This document shows, piece by piece, positions 44,213 to 56,820 of a DNA stretch of 64,000 nucleotides (position 1 is the stretch's first letter; every line of letters starts with the position of its first letter). A model generated the notes under the pieces. The model was not told the origin of the DNA, did not search any database, and saw only the letters and a list, made by a program, of their open reading frames with translations. Position numbers and translations under genes: made by a program. This DNA is from Takakia lepidozioides (Eukaryota; Plantae; Bryophyta), in contig CM060732.1 in the NCBI GenBank assembly GCA_030704615.1, positions 39,556,001-39,620,000 of the forward strand. The letters are read 5' to 3'.

Positions 44213-47200
44213 CAATACCTAATTTCCTCTGAAACATGGAACGCGAGGCCCTGGTCGGTAGGGGTATGTACTCAAGGGCGTGTCAATACCAATGTTCAGA
44301 AGGAATGGTTAATGGAAACTCAGTTCAAATCGCGTACATCTGAGTATTCGACATGAGACCGAGGATGGTGAACAGTTTCGGATGCAACATGTGAACAATA
44401 GTTTCAAAGAATGACTCCGAACTGGCACTGCTATGGTAACGTGCTTGTTTGGGTGGATCGGGAAAGCCATAATCAACTTTGTTGAGGTAAGTAGCACCCC
44501 ACGGGAGCAAGCCTTATGGGGCGCCATTCTGCTGCTTTTTCAAAACTGGGTGTGGGGGCAGCTCGAGCAAGCTATCATGAGTAGGTCCCTCCTGATCTGG
44601 CTGGTTCTTCCTTGAGATGTAATCCCTTAACTTCTGTGGACTCATCCTTGTCCATTTGTGGGTATAGGTACCCCTCCCTCCACGGGCAGTTTAGGTTTAG
44701 CCCTTTTTCTTCCTGATATGACATGCACATTGGATGGTCTCTAAAGAGTAGAACTCTTGACTTCTTGTCTAACTGAAGTGTTTTCTTCGTGCTTGTTAAA
44801 CATACACCTATGTTTATGAGCATGTATTTATACCACAATTTACATTCACTCTCGGGAGCTGAAGAAGGCGGTGGGGAGTTGCCGCAGCCAGTTCCTGCTA
44901 TGCATACCGCATGTTATTCAATTTCCTTCGCACTTACATGGACGCCTTCTTTGTTCTTGTGCAGCAGGCATATGAGATTCAAGTGCCATCAGTAATAGCA
45001 GCACCAACATACTATGTCTTACATATTGTACGGGAGGGCATTACATTCCTGGCATGTGCTCAGTCGGAGATGCCTCCTTTGCTTGGGATTGAGGTGAGGT
45101 GGCTGGTACTTTAAAGCTCTTTCTTGGTAGAAGTTTCCATTGTGGAGTAAAATATTTCTACAACTGACGATGTTAATCGTGCTAGAGATCTGGATTTCAG
45201 CAACTATGCAAATTGAAAGATGTGGGTGTTCTCATTCAGTTTCTGGACCAAAACATTTCCATGTCTATGATACCCGTATTATCTGCGGCAAACACACTCT
45301 CAGTGGTGTGTGCTTAGATTGTTTGTCAAATGGTGAATTCTGTTGTTCTAACAGTTTCTCCCAGAGGGCTTCAGGCAGGGTTGTCTGATGGGGGCAGCTG
45401 CTGATGTGGAAGTTTGTTTGCAGGGTTGCAGACGTCCTCTCAGAGTACCTGGGAGGGCTCAATGAGGACCTCATCAAAGATAACTTTGTCATTGTCTATC
45501 AGGTATGACCATCAGTATGGGCTTGGCTTTCATCTTTTGGTTGTATCAGTTGGTGTATTGCTCTGGATTGTGGCGAGGAAACCACATGGCCAACAGTTTT
45601 TGTGGCTGGAACACAACAGATTTACCAAGGACGCAAATAACTTCAAAATATTGCACTGTTGGATGGCAGCTACTGGATGAGATGATGGACGGCGGGTTCC
45701 CTCTGACAACCGAGTCCAGCGTTTTGAAGGAGATGATAGTGCCACCCAATTTGGTGAGCCGGGTTCTCAGTGTGGTGACAGGTGGATCATCCAGCATGAA
45801 CAGCACCCTCCCCTTGGCCACTGCGTCCAATGTACCCTGGCGGGCTAGTGGCATCAAACACTCAAACAATGAAATCTACTTCGATCTCATGGAGGAGATG
45901 GATGCCACTGTCAATCGGTATCTCCCTTGTTCTAATCTTGGAGTTGTTGTTCTGCTGTAGCAAGGGTTAGGGCTATTGAGCCAAGGTCTCTTCATAACGA
46001 AAGGGTCTGCAGATTATGAGTTTTCTATTACCCATTGCCGAATATTTTACTTCCTACATAAATTAACATCGACGGAGACATATTTGTTTATACACCAAAT
46101 GGTGTGATACGGGAAGGACTCATCAGATGTAAGTGGCTTCTGCTCTCATTGGTAACCGCTGAGGAGATGTTAAGACAACTCTGAGAGAGGGTTCAAAAAC
46201 AGAGGTGATGAGGTGTGCCTGTGGAGTCACACCTGGCACAGAAAGGCAATTGACAGATGGAGACCTGTATGATGGGGGACTGCATTGTACTGTTGACAAG
46301 AGTGGTTAGTAGCAAGGGGTTCACTACCAAAGGGAAGAGATGTATTCATTATCACGGTCCTTCCCAAAGCCTTGTAGTTGTAACTTCTGTGTCCGGGTGG
46401 GGGGGGGGGGGGATGGGAATCGAGGTTCAGTGAGCAGGTGAGAGCAGAAAAGAGATGGATGTTGTGTAGCTGGAAGTTTTGGGAAATAAGGTTTGAATTT
46501 TTGGACTTGGTGTAATAACAGGGACGGGTTTCTCGCGAAATGTGAAGTTTATGGGGAGGTGCTAGCCAACTCCCGCTTGTCAGGCATGCCTGATGTATCA
46601 CTTTCATTCATAAACCCATCCATCCTCAATGATGTCAGTTTCCATCAATGTGTCCGCTACAAAACGTGGGAAACAAACCAAAGGCTCTCCTTTGTGCCTC
46701 CAGATGGCTCCTTCAAACTCATGCGTTACAGGTCTGTTGCTTTTATGATAAACTCTGATAGCTGTTTGCCCACAAGTTTTCCTGAATAACAACTGGTCAT
46801 GCATATACCTGTATATGTTTGTGCAGCTTCCAGACTGCTTTACAGCCTCTGAAGGGGTCTAGAAGCTGTAAAGGGGCCTCTTAAAAGTGTGGCAGATTTC
46901 ATGCTATGTTGCAAATTGGATATCCATAGGAACTCTTCATAAAGATGGGATACGTCGCTTACGCCTGCCATTCATTTGACTCTGAATGACTTCACTGAGT
47001 TCTCCTCCGCTCTACCTAGATGTATGATGTGCTCTGGAATCTGGCTGTGCAGAGTGAAGAATCTGAAGAATACGCCCATTTATGTAAGGCCGCAATTAAG
47101 TTCCAGTGGAGGAGTGGTCACAGTAAATGTTATGGTGGGCATTCGCTCTGACCCTGGCAAGCCTGTGGACTCCATCATGGTGCAGCTGCCTTTGCCTCCC

Positions 47201-47856
47201 TCGGTAGCATACTCAGATTTGACAGCTAATCATGGAACTGTCTCATATGACCACAACACAAAGGTACTCTTTGCTACTCATGGGTGCATTGGTCTCTGGC
47301 AGGACCAGTGCACTCTGGGCATGTATGCTAGTTACTTCCCTGAATTTCTTTATTTGGTGCTCTGGGCACCAGGGGCATTTGGTATCTGATTACAACTCCT
47401 TGTGATTAGGTTGTGGTTTTTGTTTTCGGAGAGCCGTGTCTATTGCTGAGCATGAGGTGGAAAATAATTGATGACTGAAGGGTGAAGGGCCTTGCAGTGA
47501 GGTGTCAGTGACTGACTGTAAGTTTTCCTGTGCTCATAGAATGTACTCATAAGACGATGTTTGCCGTGGCCTGCACTCATAGAGAAGGTAGGAGGTATGT
47601 CTTGTTGCAGATTTCTACTTGGATAATAGGGCGCATTCCCAAGGACAAGGCACCATGCTTGAGCGGTAAACTGCAGCTGGAAGCAGGCTTGGATAGGCTA
47701 CATGAGTATCCAACATTATTGGTAGGTTTCAAGATTATGGGGGCTGCACTTTCAGGTTTAAGAACGGATAAAGTAGAGGTTCAGTGTGCAGAATATCGAG
47801 CCTACAAAGGCATCCGCGCATTGACACGTGCTGCTAGCTATGAAATCAGGACCTAA
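43813..47856 (+). CDS. AP3M: AP-3 adaptor complex medium (mu) subunit, 8 exons
   Basis: MLHCIFLLSDTG|EVMLEKQ..VDRSICSWFW|..EMPPLLGIE|FVCRVADVLSEYLGGLNEDLIKDNFVIVYQ|LLDEMMDGGFPLTTE..VPWR|..SFVPPDGSFKLMRYR|VKNLKNTPIYV|..WIIGRIPKDKAPCLSG..YKG.RALTRA. Confidence 0.95.
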
Positions 47857-49678
47857 AACCTAGGCCCTTTGTCCTTACAGTCTGTAATGAGACTTTCAAT
47901 ACTGTTGGCAACTTTGTGATAGCTGCTGAATTGATTTTCCTGAGTGCTCTCTGGATGCACATCGGAAGTCATGGTAATGAGAAGATAGAGAAGACGTGGT
48001 ACATAGATTATAACTATAGTACTAAAGAATACCCATTCTAAATACAGTGTTGGCTTTAGAAAGATAATCAAGCCAAAGCCCTCGTTGAGCTACAAGCAGA
48101 ATGTTGGCTCCACAGGCCCGAGTAGCAAACTGATCATGTTGTGTATACTGAGGTAAGTCTCAATTGAGACCAGATCTTGTTTGTCATGTCCTCTTGGTGA
48201 GATATAATGGGTGGTTGACTGCCAAACATCTGGAAATGAGGTTGAGAAAGTACATGCGCACTGTTTCAGACAGGACATCCACCTGGGGAGATAGATAGAC
48301 CTCAGTTTTGACACAGTAGTGCTTGTGCATGATGGAGCTTCATGGCAAGCCACTGAAGTGTTTGACATTTACGTCTGAGGAAGTGCTGCAGCATATAGCA
48401 GTGCTACCTGGCATGGACTAGACAATCCCGATGGCCAGTGATGGAGAAGTATAAAGTTGCTTCAGGCGAACTACTGTTCATTGGGTGTAGGTGGACACCC
48501 TTGGGCCTCCTGTAACAAGAGAAGGTGCCCATAAGAGTTCCCAAATTGGATTATGATATCATCAACATTTGACAAGTTTTTTGGGTTTGAAGGCACAGAT
48601 GCTGCAAGAGGGCGTTTGGTTCCTGGTTTGTAAAGGATTGCAGCAACACTCCTTCAGGGAAAAGGGGTGGCGAAGTAACAACAGGCTGGAGCATAGACTT
48701 TAATATGTGGGCAAGAAAAGTGGGTGTCAATAAACACCATCATGTTTTGAGAGTGAAGGTTGTTGGTAAGACAAGCATAAGACGAAGCTTTTCAAAATTA
48801 AACAAACTCTGCATTGAATTGCCTCTAATAATATCGGGCTGTAGATATACTGAGTAGGATAAAACCTAAGGAGTTTGGTAACCTTGGAGCTCAAAAAGTG
48901 TAAGCCCATTCTCCCCTTTGGATCCCTAGCAAACATTGCCAACCTCCAGTTTTCCAGATACTTATAGTAGCATTAACAGATTGAAAATTGCAAACTTACC
49001 AACTGCATTCAACTGTGACCATTCCCAGCTAACAACAGATTGTGGCTCAAACTATGCATTGATTTCATAATAGAAACTATTAGGTTGTAGGAGCATGAGG
49101 AGACAATGCCATTAGTTGGTTGAAGCACTTTTCTATAATTCAGGGAGCGGTTAGAAACTATCTGCTTTCAATTGACTCACCTAACCCCATCTCGCTCATA
49201 TTAAGGGTCATAATCACAGGAAGCCCTTGAATGCCTACATTTTCAAAGGAGAAATGAAATGAAATGGGCGGTATTTGTAAAGCTTTAAGAATTTTAAACA
49301 AGGAGAGTGTAAGTGAATCTCGACGCATATTTCTCTTTCGTTGTGGTGTTGTATTTCTCTACTTAGAGGTTCTTATTGACTCTTGTACAGTCACCTCATA
49401 TCGGTCTTTAACCCTTGCGCCCATTCCGCCCGATTTTTCACTGCCTAGGTCAACTTTTTGAACAAAGGGCACAGGGCGCTTAAGGGGTAATAAAGCTTTA
49501 CCTCATATCGGTATTTGTAAAGCTTTAGGAATTTCAAACAAGGAGAGTGTAAGTGAATCGCATATTGTGGGATTCAACTTAGCTTAGCTAACCTTTGCTC
49601 TAATCATTATTGCTGAACCGCAATACCCACCACAATTTGTCGTCTGTCTATTTTGGGTTTTGGTTGTGGCGGTTGAGG

Positions 49679-49802
49679 AAGGTTCGAGATATGAATTAGG
49701 GGGCGCTTGCAACCGCCATTTGACATTATGATAGCGACAAAAGGTTCGAGATATGAATTAGGGAGCACTTGCAACCGCCATTTGACATTATAATAGCGAC
49801 AA
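49679..49802. repeat. 62-bp tandem duplication
   Basis: aaggttcgagatatgaattaggg.gc.cttgcaaccgccatttgacattat.atagcgacaa occurs twice. Confidence 0.9.
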
Positions 49803-52800
49803 ATAAGTTGGCACCGGATTCTTTTCCACGAAACTAGGGGAGTTGTAGGTGGCGCTCAACAATCCGTGTCTACGCAACAGAGCATCTTGAGAGTGGGGAG
49901 AGCATGAAAGGCAGTGGAACGATTGCGTGCTCAACAGGTTTCGCACCAAAACATACCCCCCATATACCGTAATGCGGTGCCAGAGCATCTTGACTGTTGG
50001 CGGTTGGAACTTGCCTAAAGGTGGTGATGCTGTTCCATTAGGCATGCCAATTGTGGGGAGCAATTCCGCAAACTTGTGATGAATGAGCATCCCCCCAGTA
50101 ACGGATGAAAGTGGCTTTGCTAGCTCCACCCATTGTGGAGAGCAAAGCCGACAAGCAGACAGTGGGGTTGAATGCAGGGAGGGCTTACTGGCTCCAAACT
50201 AGCAGCATTCTAATCTCATATACCCAGCTCCTGCATTGAGGGTGTGAGAGAAAAAGAGAGAGAGAGAGAGTGTGTCTCTGTGTGAGAGAGAGTCCTGGTA
50301 TTGCATTCTCAACCCTGACATCTTAATTGGAGCTTAATGTGTATGCTAACTGTGCAGGAAGACAACTTGAAAGAGTGCCTGAAAGCAATTTTCATACTGA
50401 TGAGAGTGGAGGCAGTGTTTAAGCGCGGCCTGGCTGGAACTTGGAACCGCCATAGCCAGAGCTTGAAACTTGAAACCGTGTGTCAGGCCAAAAACAGAAG
50501 TGTGCTCACTAGGAATTCCTGCTTTACACGTTGCTTAGTAAGCTGGAATCAATTTAAGTAGAACACCTAGCGGCAATCCTTGCCTAATGGAGCTTTGTCC
50601 AAAGCTGACATGGGGCTTACTGGAGAGACAACAGCCGAGGTGGAGTCTGGATATGTAAGTATCTACAAGTAGCAGTCTGGAGACAGACCTGCACCAGAAG
50701 AGACCGCCATAGCCTGAGATTAAAACGTGCTAAAAACACACTGTGCTGAACTAAAAACAAACGGAAAAACATAAGTGTGTCACAGTACACGGGGGGGGGG
50801 CCAAGGTCTAAAAAAAGGCCAGCAGCACAGAGCCTAGAGCGGCAAAGCGAGATGGTTTTTAATTACCTCCCACGCGCCGTGCTGGACATTGGCACGCCCC
50901 AACCCATCCGCCGTGCCTTCTGCCGCTTCCCGCTCCCCCGCCCTCTTCTCCCCCGCTGTTCAGTAGCCTTCTTACTTACCTGCTGCAGCTTAATTTGCCA
51001 CAGCTCACCAACTCACAGGCCCACACAGCAGAGCTATTTTTCCTCTCAGTTTTTCCTGCTGACCACTGACATCTCTCCAAGTAGTTGCCCACAGCGAAAG
51101 CAATCTCTGTGGAGTGAATTGCGTTGCGGCGGCTGCGTGTACACAATTCATAGATCGCTGGCCCGAGCTGAGCTGGCTTAGATTATCTTCGGCTCAAGAG
51201 CCGCTTGAACATATTGGCAAGGCATTATATAACACTGGCTCCCAATTAAGAGTTGCTTTGCTAAGGTAAGCTTGCTTTATGCGGAGGGCTGACTGAAAGT
51301 AGATACTTAACTACAAATCCAATCAACGATACTTTCCAAATAGGCAAACTGCACTAATAGTTGCTTGCCTACACAGATTACCAATCTGAATTCGCTATCA
51401 ACACTTCCTCATATAGGCAGACCAGTGGATTGTCATTTAAAAAATTCCCCTACAACCCAGAGCTAATTATTCCACTGTACCGATCGTTTCCTGATATAGT
51501 CAGGCTGAATTCGATCCTTGGGATCACCATTTGCAAGCCAGCACTAGGATGGTACCGTACTACCGACTGGTCCTCTTGACTTGACTTTGTGAATTACACA
51601 AGCGGGGGCGGAGTTATGGCTGTCCGTTCACACACTTAAGGGCCATTATCCTAGGAGCCGCAGCTAACTTACGATACGAAGCGCTTTCTCAGGAAAGCAT
51701 TCTTATCGACTTCATTGCAAATTTGGGTTAGTCCTACCCAAATTTGCAATTAACCATCAGCGTCCTCGATCGACACGAGTCGGGATCTGACCTCCGCCAC
51801 GTGAAAGTTCAAATTGCCATCCCAGCTTGCGGGAAGGGCAGCTAGAAAAAAGTAGGCCCTTTTCGCTGGAGGCGACCGAGCTGGTCATTGATTTCAGACA
51901 AGGATTTTAGCTTATTCCCACAACCAGTTGCTGCCCTCTGTTCCTTTCTAAATTACCCTCTGAGCTGGTGACAACTGCACCGCCAAGGTTGGTCATCCAC
52001 ACTAATGTCGCAGTACATGAGCTTTTCACCATCCTCCCGAGTCCATAGTCCCTACCTAATCCCCCACTTGCGTGTCTGGTATGAGGACTCGGGCCCCAGA
52101 CTCTAAACTTGGCCATCTCTGGCAAACACACCCAACCCTGCAAAACCATCATAAGACGGGCCCCATCAGGGCCCCATCGCGGCCCCACTTAGCAGGCCCT
52201 CCTGCAAGTGTCAACTCAACTCCGACTCGGAATGCAACAATTGTTGCGCATGCAGATCTCGAAGCTGAAGACCATGGCCGCTGCACTCTTCAAACGCAGA
52301 CAGCGAAGAGACGAGAAGAGAGAGAGAGGAGACGAGAGAGAGAGAGAGCGCGCGTGCCTGCCAATATTCCGCAGTTGACTACGCGCTGTACCCGTCGCAG
52401 TTCGCAAGTGCGGGAATCCCGTACCAACTGGCAACCATCCATCCATCCGCCGTTCACCATCCGCTCGTGACGGATGATTGAGTTCGCATCCATTATTGCG
52501 CTTCTCGTCCATCCAGGCTGCAGTTAATTCATATCTTGTGAACTGATTAATACGCATGCGAAATGATCACCATAAAAACAACTATCTTTTTTTTCCTTTT
52601 TCTTTTTTACACTATCATTTAGTCCATCATATTATGGTTTTATGACGCCCACCCAAAATGATGGGTGTGACGATAATGTTAAATGACCGGGCCCATTTCA
52701 ACATGGGAACATGGTGGGGAACATTACGTAGGCTGGGAATTTAATCGGTAGGCTAACGCACCGGTCCGTTGTGATGTGCGGCATGGGATTTCGAAAAGCC

Positions 52801-55255
52801 GCAAATAGAGGGTATGTTCCCATGACCGGGAATGAGCACAACCCATGATATAAGGCGCCACGGGTACGATCGGCATGTACCAGCCCCGGAGCCAAGATTT
52901 GTTAATCATTGAGCCGACATATTGTACAGAATATTACTTGCAAGCCTGATTTGCGCGACATCAGGCCCCCACCTCGTCGCTTCGACCACAAATTAAAATT
53001 GAATCTTGTCCTAACGTGCTTCCCAAGCTCTCGATCACAATTATTAATAGATGTGCAAGCACTCCGCTTAAAAAAACGGAGAAATTTTTTGGAGCTCCAC
53101 CACGAGGATCTTGTCTATACTCGTCCGTCCGGGCGGTTGGTCTCGTAACACTGCTCCGGATAATCTAGAGTGGCCACCAATGCGACCGATGTGCACCCCA
53201 CCGATGCGCGACGAACAAACAAACGAATGATAGATGAGACAAGTGGATGAACTATGGATGGATGAATGTAAAACTGGGGGAAGGTGTCAGTAGTGTGGTA
53301 AATGAAGTCAAAATACCCAGACATATTCTCTGCCCCACTCATTGCAGCATTTACCCCCCTGCCATTGCACTTATATCCCCTACTTACACGGCCTCGCTCG
53401 CTCGTTTAATGCACCCCATTTTAAGCACATTAGAGAGGGGAAAAATAACATTTTTCAACGTCACATAATTCTCACTCATATTTAGTGCCCAATAATCCCC
53501 ACACAATTTTGAAAATTCTACAGCACACGTGTTCTGGAACCGTACAATATATAAAATATTAATGCCATTATTTTAATTAACAATGAATAATACATGTCAC
53601 TTGACTCCGTCAATTCCGTTGTAAAGCAATAAATTCAGCATCTGACCGTACTCATCTGACCCTCACCAAAATATAGACTGGACTTTCAGCAATCTGGCAT
53701 TTTCGAATCAACCCGGAAATTATTTTTTAATTCCTTTTTGTGTTTCTTATTGTGTTCTTTTTCCCACCGGCATCTTCGTGAGTATATGCGATCTGGATGT
53801 TGGACGTCTCATCCATCCCCACGAGCTCCTCATCCATCGGCCTCGGGTAGTCTACCGTTAGTCGGCATCTGGGGCCCGTTGCAAAACTCTAAAAATGGCG
53901 ATATGCATCATCCGCTATCGGCTACTGTACCCCAATCATCATAGCTGCCCATAGCCAGGTTTAGCCATTCTCTGTCCCGCCTGAGGGAGGTGGCGCTATT
54001 GGATGAAGTGGAGGGTCCCGGATGGATGACATGTACCGGGGGCCCCGATCATTAGGTCAAAGCGGCCGGACTGGTCCACCACCGTCCGGCGCAACTGCTT
54101 TTCCGGACTCCCGTCCCGCCGATACCGAAACTGCGGCCGGAAACGCAGCAGCCGTATCTATATTCTCGTGGTTGCGTTGACCTGCCTCCGTCAGACAGTG
54201 GGGCCCATTTGACAGCCCCTGCTTTGCACACGGGGGCAGTCTGTAAACCCTGCCTTCATGAAGCCTGCTTTAGTGTTAAATATTTGCTTGACTCTTAACA
54301 CTCGGTGTACCTGCCAAATTTTCTGCTAATTTTTATTACTACTCTTATTTATTACTGGTAACTACAGGGAACCCGGCAGGAATATGCGCACTCTATGCCC
54401 GAATCTATCGCTTGGTTTAGTAAATTCTGTGTTCCCCCCTTTTGTGTTAATCCCTTGTTAATTGCTGCTCCCGAGGTAGCGCATTTATGTGGGGGCCATT
54501 CTGTCAGAGATTGGCAGGCTCGAGTAGTGTGACATTTAATGCTCATGAGGATGGGCTGCAGGGGTGGGGTTGGCATTGTCTGTTCAGCCCTGATTCTGCA
54601 TCCACGACTCGGGCTGAGAGAGGGTGGTCGTGGATGAAAACCATCCGGGAGTCGTTTGACTAAAAAGCTCCTTTGACGGGTACAGGGGATGTCAAATCGT
54701 CCGGCTGAAAGGACCCGGAGGGCTGACTGGGGGCAGGAGGAGTGTGGGCGCCACACTCCACACGCGTGCAAGAGCGCGATCCTGCCCGGGCCCGCCGCCC
54801 GGGGATTTCTCGGCCGCCGCCCCCGTCGGCTCGGGGGTCAGGCACGGCGCTGTCCCTACGCCACCCCCCGCCTCCCTTTCCTTATTTTTGTGTATTTTAT
54901 TTTTATTTTCCGCCATTTTTTCTGCGTATGATAAAACAAAGGGAAATTGGCTGCGGGCGAGCATCTAAGTTTGGGGGGAGTTAATATTATAAGCGGCTAT
55001 AGTTACCGCGGGATGATTGACGGAGCGGCCGACCCACTATTTTTCAGTTTATCGCTGTCCATTAATAACCCCTCCATCATCACCCTCACATGACCCCTTT
55101 CACGGGTCAGGAATCCACTGCACCATTCATGGGCTGGGGACCCCTTTCAGGAAACAAGCCGCCGGATATTTACAATTTTCCCCGCATAATACATATATAT
55201 TATTATTTAATATTGTTTTGTATTATTTAAAATTGGTAGCGACCTTAAAAGAGAT

Positions 55256-55294
<39 letters not shown>

Positions 55295-55642
55295 TGTGAG
55301 GTGATGTAAAGTGGGCCCTGCCCACATGCTTCATCCGCCGCTCTCTATTCACACATGGCCAATCACGTGGCGAGCCCCCATCTCCTCCCACGTGCCCTTG
55401 CCTCCTAACTCGGGCAATCTGTAACCTCCGTCGATGCATCCGTCCAACGGATGGATGTATTTATAATCACATATCAGTTCCAACATATTACTAATTGTTA
55501 GATAATCAGCTAAACGTTGGAACTCTGGAACGACTTCGGCACGTAATTTAAAGGGGGGGCAACTTTGGGGGCTATTTCCATGGGCCTCGCGTGCATTGGA
55601 ATTGAGCCCTTGGGCCGGGTGGGGGTTTTGCATGGCCGTCGC

Positions 55643-55892
55643 ACTAGAATTCGAGTCCGTCTATGCATAGTAAGAGAATTGTTTCCATAGCATTGATGAA
55701 TGCTTTCTTGCACGTCGGCGGCTATTACATCGACTAGAATTCAAGTCCGTCTATGCTTAGTAAGAGAATTGTTTCCATTGCATGGATGAATGCTTTCTTG
55801 CACGTCGGCAGCTATTACGTCGACTACAATTCAAGAATTGTTTCAATTGTATGGATGAATGCTTTCTTGCATGTTGGCGGCAATTACATCGA
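55643..55892. repeat. 90-bp tandem repeat (2 full copies + 1 shortened) upstream of RSL1
   Basis: actagaattc.agtccgtctatgc.tagtaagagaattgtttcca..gca..gatgaatgctttcttgcacgtcggc.gctattac.tcg starts at 55643, 55733 and 55823. Confidence 0.9.
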
Positions 55893-56820
55893 CCATGCTC
55901 CGCGCAACCTTCCGGTAATCTGCATCAGCTGGCACGATATGCGAGTCAGCCACCGAATCATGGCCGCAATGAACTGTGGCATCTCCAAACTGCTTCTGAA
56001 TGTTACAAATTTGTTCCAAGCGGCGGCGGCACTCGCAAATCTGCTTGTTTGGGGGATGCATAAGCTAGTATTAGGAAGTGCCAATGCAACGGATGGTGTA
56101 TCCATCCATGCCCTTGCCCACCCCTCGTCGGCATCTACGTTCATCCGAGTAAACGGGCGGTCAGAAAAACACAGCCCGAGCTTTCAGTGGACGATATCCA
56201 GAGCAGCCCGGGCGCCCAGGGAGCGCGGCCGTGGGCCGCGCGGGCGCGTGCGCTGGATTTCGACCGTGAGATGTCGTGTCGGCCGTGAGGGGAGAGGATC
56301 TGGGCCGGTCGCCAGCGGGAGCCGGTGTGGGGGCGCTGGGTGCGCGGGCAGGGCGCGGGCGCGGGTGCGGGGTGGGGCCAGCTTGTCGGCTGCTGCGCCG
56401 GCACTGACTGCCCCACGCGCGCAGTGGGTGTGGGGCGAGCGAGGAATCGTAGCGCACTGTGCTTCGTTCCAATCTCGTTTATTACGGGAGCCCAGCTCCC
56501 GACTTTCTCTTTGCCGAATCCTGTTCTCAGTTTTCTTGAGAGAGAGAGAGAGAGGAGCTGGGGGAAGGTATACAGTAAGTTTCTTTGGAATCTGGCTTCT
56601 CCATGGTCTGTAGACTAGCAGCAGCCCTAGCCAGTTGTTGGGGTGGTCTGGTGAAGGAAGAGCTGAAGGAAAGCTCGGAGGATGCCAGATGACGCTAGGC
56701 ACGGAAGCATAGTTTCGGTTCTCGCATCTCAATGTACTCTAGACTGTCAGCCTTTGCCATTTCTGCTTCGGTGCAGCAGCAGCAGCAGCTACAGAGATCG
56801 AACTAAGGTGTGGAAGAAGC

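Noticed and set aside
50100-51620. Possible LTR/DIRS-like element
   Set aside because: The composition is TE-like, but I could not find paired TG..CA ends with a TSD or any coding motifs.
54990-55012. Similarity to the LSU rRNA homing-endonuclease site (ctatagttaccgc)
   Set aside because: The match is only about 11-13 bp with no flanking rRNA sequence.
55753-56732. 286-aa and overlapping ORFs upstream of RSL1
   Set aside because: They span tandem repeats and a GC-rich promoter that is poor in stop codons, and have no domain signal.
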